Assembly (NCBI GenBank): GCA_964593805.1
Contig: CAZQHP010000001.1
Location: 709,283 to 773,282 of the forward strand
Length of the DNA: 64,000 nt
Source of the DNA: an uncultured Candidatus Saccharibacteria bacterium
GTDB taxonomy: Bacteria; Patescibacteriota; Saccharimonadia; Saccharimonadales; JBBQAJ01
Direction of reading: 5' to 3'
Shown here: positions 19,184-28,772 of the stretch, piece by piece
Position numbering within the stretch: position 1 is the first letter of the stretch
Layout of the letters: each line of letters opens with the position of its first letter
Made by a program: the position numbers and the translations under genes
Notes under the pieces: model-generated
Told to the model about the DNA's origin: nothing
Database searches by the model: none
Seen by the model: the letters and a program-made list of their open reading frames with translations, nothing else

Positions 19184-20038
19184 CTAGCCCAGTTTGCGGT
19201 AGAGCCCCGCCAGATGATCGTCGTCTTTAAAATGAACCTCCAAACGGCCCCCTTTAGCGGTGTGGTGAATGGTTACTTTGGTTCCCAGTTTGTCGCCAAG
19301 TTTTTTGGTTTCATTTGTTTCTTTAACAGCCCTCTGTTTGACCGCCTTTGAAGTTACAAGCCCTTCTTTGTGAGCTGTCACAAACTGTTCGGCCTGTCGG
19401 ACCGACCAGGCTTGTCCTTGAATAAGTTCGAGCAACCGCGACTGGAGCTCCGGCTGGCCTTTGAGTGCCAAAATAGACCGAGCGTGTCCCTCTGTTATGT
19501 GGCCAGTTTGTAATGCGTCTCGAGCCGCGTCGGGCAGCTGAAGTAGCCGCGCAATGTTGTTCACGGTTGGCGCGGCTTTCCCAAGTTTTTGCGCAATCTG
19601 TTGATAGCTCAAATTAAACTGCTCATGCAGGTGTTCAATAGACGCCGCTTGTTCAAGCGGAGACAAATCAACCCGCTGGACGTTTTCTATTAGAGCGATT
19701 TCTAGCCGCTGGAGTTCCTGCTTTTCACGTACAACGGCTGGTATGGTTTTCAGGCCTGCTAGTTGCGAAGCTCTCCACCGCCGCTCACCTGCAATAATTT
19801 CATAGCCCTGGCCAGCCGGAGAAACAATTATTGGTTGCAACACGCCGTACTCGCGGATAGAGCCCGCCAGCTCGTTTAGCGCCTGCTCGTCAAAATGCTT
19901 GCGGGGCTGGTTCGGGCTGGCTGTTATATCTTTAATGAACAAATTTTGTATTCGTTCGTCACTAGTCAACAAACTTTTGTCAAAATCTACGGGCAGCAGG
20001 CTTTCTAAGCCTCTGCCCAATCTGTTAGCATTAGCCAT
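19184..20038 (-). CDS. parB: Chromosome partitioning protein ParB
   Basis: RGLESLL, GERRWRAS and HTH segments. The ATG at 20038 is preceded by GGAGG. Confidence 0.9.
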   Translation of the reverse strand: MANANRLGRGLESLLPVDFDKSLLTSDERIQNLFIKDITASPNQPRKHFDEQALNELAGSIREYGVLQPIIVSPAGQGYEIIAGERRWRASQLAGLKTIPAVVREKQELQRLEIALIENVQRVDLSPLEQAASIEHLHEQFNLSYQQIAQKLGKAAPTVNNIARLLQLPDAARDALQTGHITEGHARSILALKGQPELQSRLLELIQGQAWSVRQAEQFVTAHKEGLVTSKAVKQRAVKETNETKKLGDKLGTKVTIHHTAKGGRLEVHFKDDDHLAGLYRKLG

Positions 20039-20801
20039 TCTGGCCTCCATTGGTACGATTTATAATCTCTTTGGCAAACTGTTTATAGGCCCTGGCGCCT
20101 TTTGACCATTTGTCGTGTTCAGAAATAGGTTTGCCATAACTGGGTGCTTCGGCTAGGCGCACATTGCGTGGTATTTGAGTAGAAAACACACTGGATCCAA
20201 AATATTTCTGAAGTTCAGTTGCAACCTGCTCCGCCAAACTTGTGCGGCTGTCGTACATTGTTACCAGCACGCCAAGCAAATTTAGGCTTGGGTTCATGGT
20301 TTGTTTGACGCGTTGAAAAACGTCCATTAGCTGGCCCAATCCTTCCATGGCATAATATTCTGCCTGTACCGGTATGACTAACCAATGCGCGGCGGCCAAG
20401 GCATTTATGGTCAGTAAGCTCAGCGCCGGCGGACAATCTATCAAAATATAATCAAACTGCAATCCGTCAAGTGCTTGCTTGAGTTTGCTTTCTCGTGCCG
20501 GCTGGTCCATGAGCTCAACTTCAGCCGCAGCCAAATTGGTATTGGCGGGCATTATACTAACTCCACTCACGGAACTTTCACGCACGGCCTGGGCGGCAGT
20601 GGCCTGTCCTATTAAAACTTGATAAGTGGTGGTTTCGGCTTGCTTATCTACGCCCAGTCCACTGGTGGCATTTCCTTGGGGGTCGGCGTCTACTATCAAA
20701 ACGGTTTTTCCCGTTTTGGCCAGATACGCCGCCAGGTTGATGGTAGTCGTAGTCTTGCCCACTCCACCTTTTTGATTTAAGACAGCAATAGTATGTGCCA
20801 C
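20031..20801 (-). CDS. parA: Chromosome partitioning ATPase ParA/Soj
   Basis: NQKGGVGKTTTT deviant Walker A; 256 aa; GTG start. Confidence 0.9.
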   Translation of the reverse strand: MAHTIAVLNQKGGVGKTTTTINLAAYLAKTGKTVLIVDADPQGNATSGLGVDKQAETTTYQVLIGQATAAQAVRESSVSGVSIMPANTNLAAAEVELMDQPARESKLKQALDGLQFDYILIDCPPALSLLTINALAAAHWLVIPVQAEYYAMEGLGQLMDVFQRVKQTMNPSLNLLGVLVTMYDSRTSLAEQVATELQKYFGSSVFSTQIPRNVRLAEAPSYGKPISEHDKWSKGARAYKQFAKEIINRTNGGQNG

Positions 20802-21157
20802 TGGTAATTTAACCCCTTCTTTATCTGTTAACAGCCTACCACGAAAATCTTATCAATCATAGGTCGCGGGCTACGTTTGCAAAATTTTGCGGTTTTTCCC
20901 TGCACGTAATGAAAGCTGTGCTGGTTGGCTGATGGCAGTGTCGCAAAATATTACAATCGCCCTTAGCTTTTTGGTTGCCTTAGGACAAGCATTACTTATA
21001 GGCTACAGAACAAACACATTTGATATACTAGCCTTATAATACTAGTATACTAATGCTTATAGAAATTTTATTTGGGTGCCGCGGAAAATAAGCCTTAAAG
21101 ACAGTGTATTGTGCGACCCGGAAAATGTTTAGTAACACTGCCCCTATTTGCTTTTGC

Positions 21158-21751
21158 TTATAGCTGGAATGAGGCGGCAATTTCACCAAAAGTGCTATTT
21201 AGTTTATCAAAGTCTGATTCTTTGGCTTGCAAAGCCAAATAGTAGGCTGTGTTTTCATCGCGAAGGAAAATATACAGCGCTTGTCGGGCAAGACTGCCGT
21301 CTTTTCCCTGATATGTGAAATCAATTTCTGCCGCTTGCTTGCCGCTATGCTCAAATGTACGCTCAGACAACTTCTTGTAGCCCGGATAACGGGTTGGGAA
21401 GGCTTTGAAGACATTATCCAGCAGCAACTGTCTGGTGGTGGTTTTAGACAGTTGAGAAGCTATCCGTAGGCCGTCTTCGTACCGAAGGGTTATGCTATAC
21501 GGCGGCTCGGCATCACCGCTGGCGCGGAACAAAAATTTATCTTTTACGTCCTGTGGCGTCAGGTCGAGTACGCTTGCATCGACTGGATAGTTTAGTTTTA
21601 CTCCTTGGCTGGTATTACTAAACTCTTTGAGCGCAACCGTAGTGTTTTGGGCGGCTGAATCTGGCTTTTGGTTCTGATAGATAAGCGTGGCTACGCCTAC
21701 GCTGGCGGCCAGCACCAGCAAGCCCGCGCCAACCAGTAAAGTACGTTTCAT
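21158..21751 (-). CDS. Hypothetical membrane-anchored/secreted protein, translationally coupled to the giant surface protein
   Basis: 197 aa with an N-terminal hydrophobic anchor (LLVGAGLLVLAASVGVATLIY). Its start codon shares a base with the upstream stop (TAATG). Confidence 0.55.
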   Translation of the reverse strand: MKRTLLVGAGLLVLAASVGVATLIYQNQKPDSAAQNTTVALKEFSNTSQGVKLNYPVDASVLDLTPQDVKDKFLFRASGDAEPPYSITLRYEDGLRIASQLSKTTTRQLLLDNVFKAFPTRYPGYKKLSERTFEHSGKQAAEIDFTYQGKDGSLARQALYIFLRDENTAYYLALQAKESDFDKLNSTFGEIAASFQL

Positions 21752-24700
21752 TAGTTATTCGACCTTGCCAGTTCAACCCAGCGATCGGTACTGTAGAGCA
21801 TTGTCAGGGAATCATACTGGCCGCTGGCATAGGCGCCGGCCAGTTCACTTACCGTAGCGGTGTCGGCAAAGTTGACAGCGTTAGCAGAGACATTGATTAT
21901 AACCACCGTGTTGCCGTCCTTCACGCTGGCGGCTTCGCTCATGGTAATGTCACAGCCGTTGGCGTCATTACAGGTAATTGTAACGTACGAAGAGGTCGGT
22001 TCCAGCGTCAACGTAGCGGTAGCGGCCGTACCTTCGTCTGCTATGGTTCGAGCGTCCACGCCAAGGCCCAAGCGATCTTCTATAAACAGGCTGGCGCCTG
22101 AACCAGCTAGCTCTACCCTGCCGTCAGTCGCTGCGTCATAGGCCAGGGTGGCGTTTTGCGCCAGACCCAGTTTTAGACCATTATTGTCTCCGAGGTACAG
22201 GTTGTTAAATTCTGCCGATGTGGAACCTAGGTCAATCGTGCCGGCCGCGTTTGGCAAGATATTGCCGCTGGTTGTGATCCCCACCACCGCGGCAATGGCG
22301 CCTGAGCTATTGACTTGGAACAAGTCGCCGCTGCCCACAGTAAAGAGTGCGGCCGGGGTAGTGTCACCAATACCAACGTTGCCAGCCGACAGTACTACTA
22401 GTTTGGAACTTAAACCAGAGGCTGATTTGGTAGATAGGTGCAGATCACTGTAGTTATTAGTATGGTCTATGATTTTAGTACTGATAGCCGCGGCGGCATT
22501 GTTGGTAGCGTCGTCGCCAAAGTATAGTTCTACCCAGTTATTAACGGTCTGGTCCGTGTTCACCAGCCCCAGTGCTCCGGCCACGTTTTGATACTGCGAA
22601 GTTGAAGAACTTGATACTGCCGAAACTATTTTTGAAAGTCCCAAACTAGCTGTACCAATACCGACGTTGCCGCCGCTAGTTTGCAAAAACAGATTGCCGT
22701 ACGAACCAGCCGTACCGGCTCCTGCGCCTGGAGCTCCGCCTTGCAAAGTTATACTGCCGCCGTTGCCGTTAGTTGAACCAGATGGAGCATCCCCGCCAGC
22801 GCCCGCGGTGAGGTTAAGCACCGCGCCCGTGCCACCCGTTTGACCAGTCGTACCGCTAGTATCACCGCCCTTGCCGCCAGTTACCTGCAGTACTTGAGTG
22901 GCATTCGTGCCGCTTCCAGCTACACTGGCGGGCTGCGTGCCTATTAAATGTAATAGTGCGGTTGGGCTAGTAGTACCAATACCTATAGTGCCGTCTTGTC
23001 TAATAGATACCCGGGTTACAAGTCCGTTGAGCGAGGAACCAGACGACGTACTTGCAGGAGCGGTTTGGAGATTGATACTCCCTCCGTTAGCCGTGCCAGT
23101 TCCTTGCCCACCATTTATAGATGTATTGCCTCCAGTTTGGTTTGCTCCACTGCCATCACCACCCTGAAGTGTGACCGGACCACCGGCCGTACCAAGAAAA
23201 ATTTGGCCAGAGCCACCTTTTACCGTAACGGCACCACCTTGGTTGTTAGCACCATTGCCTCCGGTGATTGTAATTGCACCACCAGGATTAAACTGCAAGC
23301 CCGTGGCAGATGCATTGCCACCAGTTATCGCTATAGCTCCACCGGCCGCGTCGAGGCCATTGGCTCCAATTATACTCAGCTGCGCACCAGCAGTTGTAGC
23401 AGAAGTGCTATTTGCCAATTTTATGGTTCTAGCGGCTTCTTTTGTCAGATATATATCGCCTGTCACCTCCAAAGCAGCACCTGGAGCTGATGTACCTATT
23501 CCCACTCTGTTAAGTGCGGCATCAATGTATAGGGTATTAGTATCAAAACTACTCGTACCCGTTCCGGTAACGGTTAAGTTGCCGGCTATTGAAGACGCGC
23601 CCGTTCCCTGAACTGTTAAATTACCTGTCAGAGTTGCATTGCCAGATGTATCTATAGTTAATTTGGTTATACCAGCAGTCTCAAGCTCTAGGCTTCTTGA
23701 ATCATTAGACCCTATCGTTACTGTTGCGCCAAATGTGTTGCCATTTTGGAAGATTGCAGCACCTGCACCGGTTGTTTTACAGTAAACTAGTTGATTAGTG
23801 GTGTTATTTTGACATAAGTATATTGATGCATTTGACCCCGCTAATGTGCTAGGCAATACAATACCGCCGTTGCCAGCCTGTAGCGTTATAGAACTATCTC
23901 CGTTAGGATTACCAATCAACAGCGTAGCTTTTCCAGTTCCAGCTGCCAAACCAGCGCCTATTAGTATAGTTTGAGTATTGCTGTCGGCTATATTACCACT
24001 ACCAATGTTTATAGTATTGCTTATTACCGATTGCCCCAGAGTTATTGTGCCTACTTGACTTGTACCACCGATGGCTATGCCACCAGAAGTATGAGTCTGC
24101 AGCCGTATAGCCTCGCTCCCAGCCGTGTTAGAGGTACCTCCTTGAATCAAAGTAGTGTGATTAGCCGCCCCGATTGAACCAATCGTAACACCGACTGTCC
24201 CGGTTATACCTCCTCCTGTACCAATGGAAATAGTATTACTAGCGGCCGCCCCAGGCACACCTGTCCCAATATTTATAGTCTTGCCACCTGCCACAGTAGT
24301 ATTGCCTGTGCCAATATTGACCGTATCTACCACAGCAGAGTTGCCCCCAGCTATTGTAGTAGTCCTGGCGGCGGCTGGGGCAATGTTGCCTAGGTTGATA
24401 GTCGACACGCGAGTGTTGTTACCTAGGTTTATAGTACTAGCACCGGCCGTGCCAACCCCTGACAGGATATTTACGGTTGTGGCGGCTCCTGTGGTGCCGT
24501 TGCCAATGTTTATGGTTTGGGCACCGGTTGTGGCGTTCGCGCTGCCAATGTTGATGCTATGAGCGGCAGTTGACTGCCCGACTGTTATGGTGCCCGTACC
24601 TGTCGCGTGACCTATCGTAATCCCGCTCGATGATACTGATGTACCGATATTTATAGCGCCATTAGCCCCGCCACCTCCGGTAGTGCCAGCCTGGAGACTA

Positions 24701-27333
24701 ACAGATCCGCCGTTTCCGATAGTGGCATTTCCTCCAGTCAAAGTAACCGACCCGGCCGTTCCATTCGTGGCACCTCCTCCCGTCAATGTGACCGATCCTG
24801 CGGCGCCGCTGGTCGAGCCGCCCGAGCCGGCTGTAATTGATATAGCCCCCCCAGTACCATCAGTCGCACCGCCGCCAGCAAGCAGTGTAATATCTCCACC
24901 TGACGCACAACCGCCAAAACAAAATGCATTATCTGCTTGAATCAAAATGTCAGTGCCTACGCCCCCTGTAGTTGTTATGCTTGCGACTTGATCAAGAGCG
25001 GTACCAACAAATACCAATGACCTGGTGCTTAATGTTGATGATCCTCCATTGACTCCAGCCATACCTGTGACAGTACTGCTAGTAAACAACGCACCTGCGC
25101 TACTTATGGTTAGAACAGACGTCCCACCGTTTAGCCCTTGGAGTAAATATCCACCAAGCTCATTTTGCAGTATTAGTGTAGGTTGGCCTTCATTTGATGA
25201 GGCGTATAGGGTGCCGTTTGAGGCCACGCCGTTGTATTGCGTATTGACGGGGGCGCTTAGTGTAGATACGTAAACTTGCGGGTCGGTACCATACACAGTT
25301 TGAGCGCCCCATGCAGCCACTGTGGTACCGTTGTTCGGTAGAATAATTGTCGGTTTAACAGCTGTAAGCGCTCCTGATATATTCTGGGTTACAGACAGTC
25401 TCTGCCATGTGGTCGTGGCGGTAAATGAAGCCGCCGTGCCAGTGGCAGGTGTACCACCTGTACTATCAATCCGTAAACTAACTGGGGCAGTACCGCTGTT
25501 AGTTTTCAGCCACACGCTAAATGTATAGTTTCCAGTTATAGATGCCAAGAACGACTGATACAGACCGGCATTGGCCGCATTAGATACCAGTTTATCAGCT
25601 GTTTGTGTGCCGTTCGGTGCGGGATTGGAGGCTGGATCATCCGCTGTTACAGACATATTAGCTGGGGATATAATAGTTGGAAGCCAAAAATCTGTATTTG
25701 AAAACACCTCGCTGCTAAAAAGCCGATTACTGAATTTACCTATACCTCCGCTGGCGTTGTTGATATATCCAATGGATTCTTGATTGCCGCCAGCACTAAT
25801 ATTTAATAAATTCGCTCCGGCTGAATTCCTGAGCTGAAACAAATCGGCTGTTTGCGACGAGGCTCCTTGTATAATTGCCCCTATACTTGCCGATGAAGCA
25901 CTTTGGATATTAAAATTGGCGTTTGACTGAGTTGTTGTACCATTCTGAATATACCCAGTGCCACCGGTAGATGGTGCGTAGCCGCTACATACTGAGCCCG
26001 TGCTACACAAAGTACCCGTTTCATTTGGCAGAGTTAATGTGTTCGTAGAAGGGCTGGTGGGACCTATAAGCGTCAAGGTATTGGCAGACCCGCTGCCTTT
26101 GAACAGTATTGAACCTGTGTTTGTATTGGCGGTGCCAAGCGTTAGTGAATTAGCGCCTTGGATTGCTAATGTTCCTGTGAAATTAGCCGCCGAAGAGATA
26201 GTCTGGGAGTTGTAGGTTCCGGCGGTAACATTGCCGGTACCGCCAACTGCCAACCTATCTGTGCCTCCGCTCTGAAGCTGTAATAGGTTGCCGCCGCCCG
26301 TATCGTTTAGAAATATGCTAGCATCGGCCGTATTATCAGTTTGTGCGGAACCTGGTGCTAACAGTACAGCTTGGCCGCCGCCAGCCGCACAGGTTACGCC
26401 TGTGGTACAAATCGTTTGAGCCGCGCCCCCGCTAGTTGGGAAAATAAATGACCGGCCGCCGGCAGTGAATGTTAGCACGTCACCTCCGGCATCAATGGAT
26501 AGGTTGTTGCCGGAGCCTGTTTGCTTCAAACTGTTGCCTAGAATAACACCAGTCGCAGGTAGGGAAAGGTTTCCAAATTGCACGCTTGCGGTAGTATTGA
26601 TATTTTGTGGCGCTGAAAGGGTTAGGACTCCACCGGCGCTGTTAACATTTATTTGGTTCGCCGTACCTTGAATAGTTACGTCGTCACTAAATCCGTTGAC
26701 TGTTGTAGATGTTGGGTTAACTATTTGCCCTAGCTTCGTCTGCAACAACTCGCTAGTTACAAAATTACAGTTATTACTGTCCAGGCAGATTGTACCGCTG
26801 GCGTTTGGCAGCGTAAAAGTTTGATTTGCATTAGCGGCTTGAGTGCGAAAAAGGGTGGTAAAATTGCCGTCGGAGAACTTTAAATCTCCCCGCGTGACTA
26901 CATCGCCGTTCACTAGCAGGGATCTGTTGCTACCTTGTAGCTCTGATGGCAGCGTAGTTATTGCGGCATCTTTGAGCGTTACGTCTTGAATGCTGACCGA
27001 GGTCTGTTTGGCCTTCGTTGAGTTTTGTTCTTTTCTTAGCACAAACAAAATACTAACCCCTGTCAGCAGTACCACGGCCACGGTCACGCCAATTGACACG
27101 GCCATGGCTTTATGGCGCGAAAACGCTAGCAAAGAAGTAGCCGGCCTAGACGGGGCCTTGGGCGCATAAGCTATATCACTCTGCTCATGAATTTCCAGAT
27201 CTTCGGTCGCGTAATTATTTTCGGTCGAACTATAACCAACCACCGGCGCTGATGCGCCACTAGAAAGCCCATTGCCTGAAATAGGCAAATTAGGCTGGGT
27301 AGGGTCTTCAGCTTTAAGCTGATGGTCGTCCAT
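21751..27333 (-). CDS. Giant (1860 aa) membrane-anchored surface protein, beta-helix/tail-fibre-like putative adhesin
   Basis: ~75-aa cytoplasmic N-terminus and a single TM (AMAVSIGVTVAVVLLTGVSILFVL). The rest is G/T/A/S/N-rich with degenerate GG-x-hydrophobic repeats. Four copies of a [VI]GIG[TD]xxP/L..AL motif and a C-terminal DLGSTSAEFNNLYLG segment recall phage tail-fibre proteins. Confidence 0.6.
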   Translation of the reverse strand: MDDHQLKAEDPTQPNLPISGNGLSSGASAPVVGYSSTENNYATEDLEIHEQSDIAYAPKAPSRPATSLLAFSRHKAMAVSIGVTVAVVLLTGVSILFVLRKEQNSTKAKQTSVSIQDVTLKDAAITTLPSELQGSNRSLLVNGDVVTRGDLKFSDGNFTTLFRTQAANANQTFTLPNASGTICLDSNNCNFVTSELLQTKLGQIVNPTSTTVNGFSDDVTIQGTANQINVNSAGGVLTLSAPQNINTTASVQFGNLSLPATGVILGNSLKQTGSGNNLSIDAGGDVLTFTAGGRSFIFPTSGGAAQTICTTGVTCAAGGGQAVLLAPGSAQTDNTADASIFLNDTGGGNLLQLQSGGTDRLAVGGTGNVTAGTYNSQTISSAANFTGTLAIQGANSLTLGTANTNTGSILFKGSGSANTLTLIGPTSPSTNTLTLPNETGTLCSTGSVCSGYAPSTGGTGYIQNGTTTQSNANFNIQSASSASIGAIIQGASSQTADLFQLRNSAGANLLNISAGGNQESIGYINNASGGIGKFSNRLFSSEVFSNTDFWLPTIISPANMSVTADDPASNPAPNGTQTADKLVSNAANAGLYQSFLASITGNYTFSVWLKTNSGTAPVSLRIDSTGGTPATGTAASFTATTTWQRLSVTQNISGALTAVKPTIILPNNGTTVAAWGAQTVYGTDPQVYVSTLSAPVNTQYNGVASNGTLYASSNEGQPTLILQNELGGYLLQGLNGGTSVLTISSAGALFTSSTVTGMAGVNGGSSTLSTRSLVFVGTALDQVASITTTGGVGTDILIQADNAFCFGGCASGGDITLLAGGGATDGTGGAISITAGSGGSTSGAAGSVTLTGGGATNGTAGSVTLTGGNATIGNGGSVSLQAGTTGGGGANGAINIGTSVSSSGITIGHATGTGTITVGQSTAAHSINIGSANATTGAQTINIGNGTTGAATTVNILSGVGTAGASTINLGNNTRVSTINLGNIAPAAARTTTIAGGNSAVVDTVNIGTGNTTVAGGKTINIGTGVPGAAASNTISIGTGGGITGTVGVTIGSIGAANHTTLIQGGTSNTAGSEAIRLQTHTSGGIAIGGTSQVGTITLGQSVISNTINIGSGNIADSNTQTILIGAGLAAGTGKATLLIGNPNGDSSITLQAGNGGIVLPSTLAGSNASIYLCQNNTTNQLVYCKTTGAGAAIFQNGNTFGATVTIGSNDSRSLELETAGITKLTIDTSGNATLTGNLTVQGTGASSIAGNLTVTGTGTSSFDTNTLYIDAALNRVGIGTSAPGAALEVTGDIYLTKEAARTIKLANSTSATTAGAQLSIIGANGLDAAGGAIAITGGNASATGLQFNPGGAITITGGNGANNQGGAVTVKGGSGQIFLGTAGGPVTLQGGDGSGANQTGGNTSINGGQGTGTANGGSINLQTAPASTSSGSSLNGLVTRVSIRQDGTIGIGTTSPTALLHLIGTQPASVAGSGTNATQVLQVTGGKGGDTSGTTGQTGGTGAVLNLTAGAGGDAPSGSTNGNGGSITLQGGAPGAGAGTAGSYGNLFLQTSGGNVGIGTASLGLSKIVSAVSSSSTSQYQNVAGALGLVNTDQTVNNWVELYFGDDATNNAAAAISTKIIDHTNNYSDLHLSTKSASGLSSKLVVLSAGNVGIGDTTPAALFTVGSGDLFQVNSSGAIAAVVGITTSGNILPNAAGTIDLGSTSAEFNNLYLGDNNGLKLGLAQNATLAYDAATDGRVELAGSGASLFIEDRLGLGVDARTIADEGTAATATLTLEPTSSYVTITCNDANGCDITMSEAASVKDGNTVVIINVSANAVNFADTATVSELAGAYASGQYDSLTMLYSTDRWVELARSNN

Positions 27334-27511
27334 ATTTGTGTGTTTAATAGTTTTTGTTTGGGTTTGCCTCTGTTATAAGCAAAAACGGCAGTCATGTGAC
27401 TACACTTTCCCATCACTAGTGTACGAGAGGTGTTTGGCTAACGCAAGTTTTTTGAACACTTTTTTTATCAATCCTCGTGAAGTTATCCACTATTCTAAAA
27501 ACTGTACAGGT

Positions 27512-28345
27512 TTACACCCAAAGAATAGAGTAAACTGCCCCGAGCCCTACCAACAGCACACCTATGGCCACAATTACAACTCTGACCATTTCCGCTTGGA
27601 TTATTTTGCGCGCCAAGGGATTTCTCCCAAGAGCCGTTACGGCGCTAGAGATCGCGCCGTAGATAATACTACCCTCTGCTATCAAAACAATCACGAACAA
27701 TATCAAAGCAATCAGTACTCTTGTTTCGCCAACGTCTTTACCTACCAGATAGCGGCCTAGTTTTGCGAGCGCGGAATCGCTCCGCAATACACTGCCGTTC
27801 GCTGACCCCTGATTATTTAGATTTATTTTTATTTTGGCAATTTGTGTCTCTTTAGCCTGGCTCCCGTCTTGATAGCTATAGGGGCTTGTTTTCTCGGGAG
27901 TACCAGCAGCTATGCCAATAACGGTTGCCGGAACATCTCCGGATTTCATCAAAATGCCCTTTAGAGGCGAAAGCACCAATAAGTCCCCCTGCTTAATAGC
28001 TCCGTTTATATCGCTTACGTAGGCATCAACTTGGCCTTCGTTCTCTACCAATACTTTTGATGCTCCGGAGCCGACTGTTACTAGGCTATTGTCAAATGTT
28101 GTAACAATACCTACGACCCTGTTACTGCTCTCCTGGCTGGCGCGTTCCACGCTAGAATTTGTCGATCCGTCTACGCTTAACGCCGCAACCATCCCTGTCT
28201 GGAGGCCAGAATCAGTAGTGGCATAGCCTCTGGCGATAGCTGACACGGAAACCTGTGCCGCCAACACTAAAACAAAGCCTGCCAGTGCGGCCAAAACGTT
28301 CCATAAAATTATTCTATTTTTTAGATTGCGATTCACTATAGCCAT
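27512..28345 (-). CDS. Hypothetical membrane protein (N-terminal TM, extracytoplasmic domain, C-terminal TM hairpin)
   Basis: ORF 27512..28393; likely ATG at 28345 (MAIVNRNLK...). The C-terminal hairpin is LIALILFVIVLIAEGSIIYGAISSAVTALGRNPLARK...VVIVAIGVLLVGLGAVY. Confidence 0.5.
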   Translation of the reverse strand: MAIVNRNLKNRIILWNVLAALAGFVLVLAAQVSVSAIARGYATTDSGLQTGMVAALSVDGSTNSSVERASQESSNRVVGIVTTFDNSLVTVGSGASKVLVENEGQVDAYVSDINGAIKQGDLLVLSPLKGILMKSGDVPATVIGIAAGTPEKTSPYSYQDGSQAKETQIAKIKINLNNQGSANGSVLRSDSALAKLGRYLVGKDVGETRVLIALILFVIVLIAEGSIIYGAISSAVTALGRNPLARKIIQAEMVRVVIVAIGVLLVGLGAVYSILWV

Positions 28346-28417
28346 TACTCTTATGCTTGCCTCTAGTATGACTGGCTTAGCCCCTGAAAACAAGCGGATA
28401 CGGCTATGCTGGGATAG

Positions 28418-28726
28418 TTACGCTATCTTGGTAATTTTTAGATGCGTTTGGTGCTGGCGATGTCCCCTGACAGTATGGACCCGTTTTTTAGCTTTGTAGC
28501 GGATGGACATGACTTTATCGGCCTGTAGGTCTGGAGCAACTATTTCAGCGGTTACCTTAGCGCCGCTGACTTGAGGGTTGCCAACAGTTGTTTTGTCACC
28601 ATCAATTACTAGAAGTGGCACAAACGTAGCAGTTTTACCTTCTTGCTTAAGGAGTTCGACAGCAATTGTCTCTCCTTCGCTAACAAGGTATTGTTTTGAA
28701 CCGGTTGTAATAACTGCTTTTTTCAT
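28418..28726 (-). CDS. rplU: 50S ribosomal protein L21
   Basis: MKKAVITTGSKQYLVSEGETIAVE start and a RGHRQ C-terminal block. Confidence 0.9.
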   Translation of the reverse strand: MKKAVITTGSKQYLVSEGETIAVELLKQEGKTATFVPLLVIDGDKTTVGNPQVSGAKVTAEIVAPDLQADKVMSIRYKAKKRVHTVRGHRQHQTHLKITKIA

Positions 28727-28772
28727 GAGTACCAAAAGAGTCTAACAGATATACCCCTCCCTGTCAAAGGAG

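Noticed and set aside
20802-21157. Replication origin next to parAB.
   Set aside because: No dnaA or dnaN gene is nearby and no cluster of TTATCCACA-like boxes is present. Only isolated weak matches occur, including one at about 27485.
21860-26671. Numerous 68-164-aa plus-strand ORFs antisense to the giant surface-protein gene.
   Set aside because: They are all nested inside one uninterrupted 1860-codon minus-strand ORF. Their Pro/Ala/Val-rich translations are what the antisense of Gly/Thr/Ala codons is expected to give.
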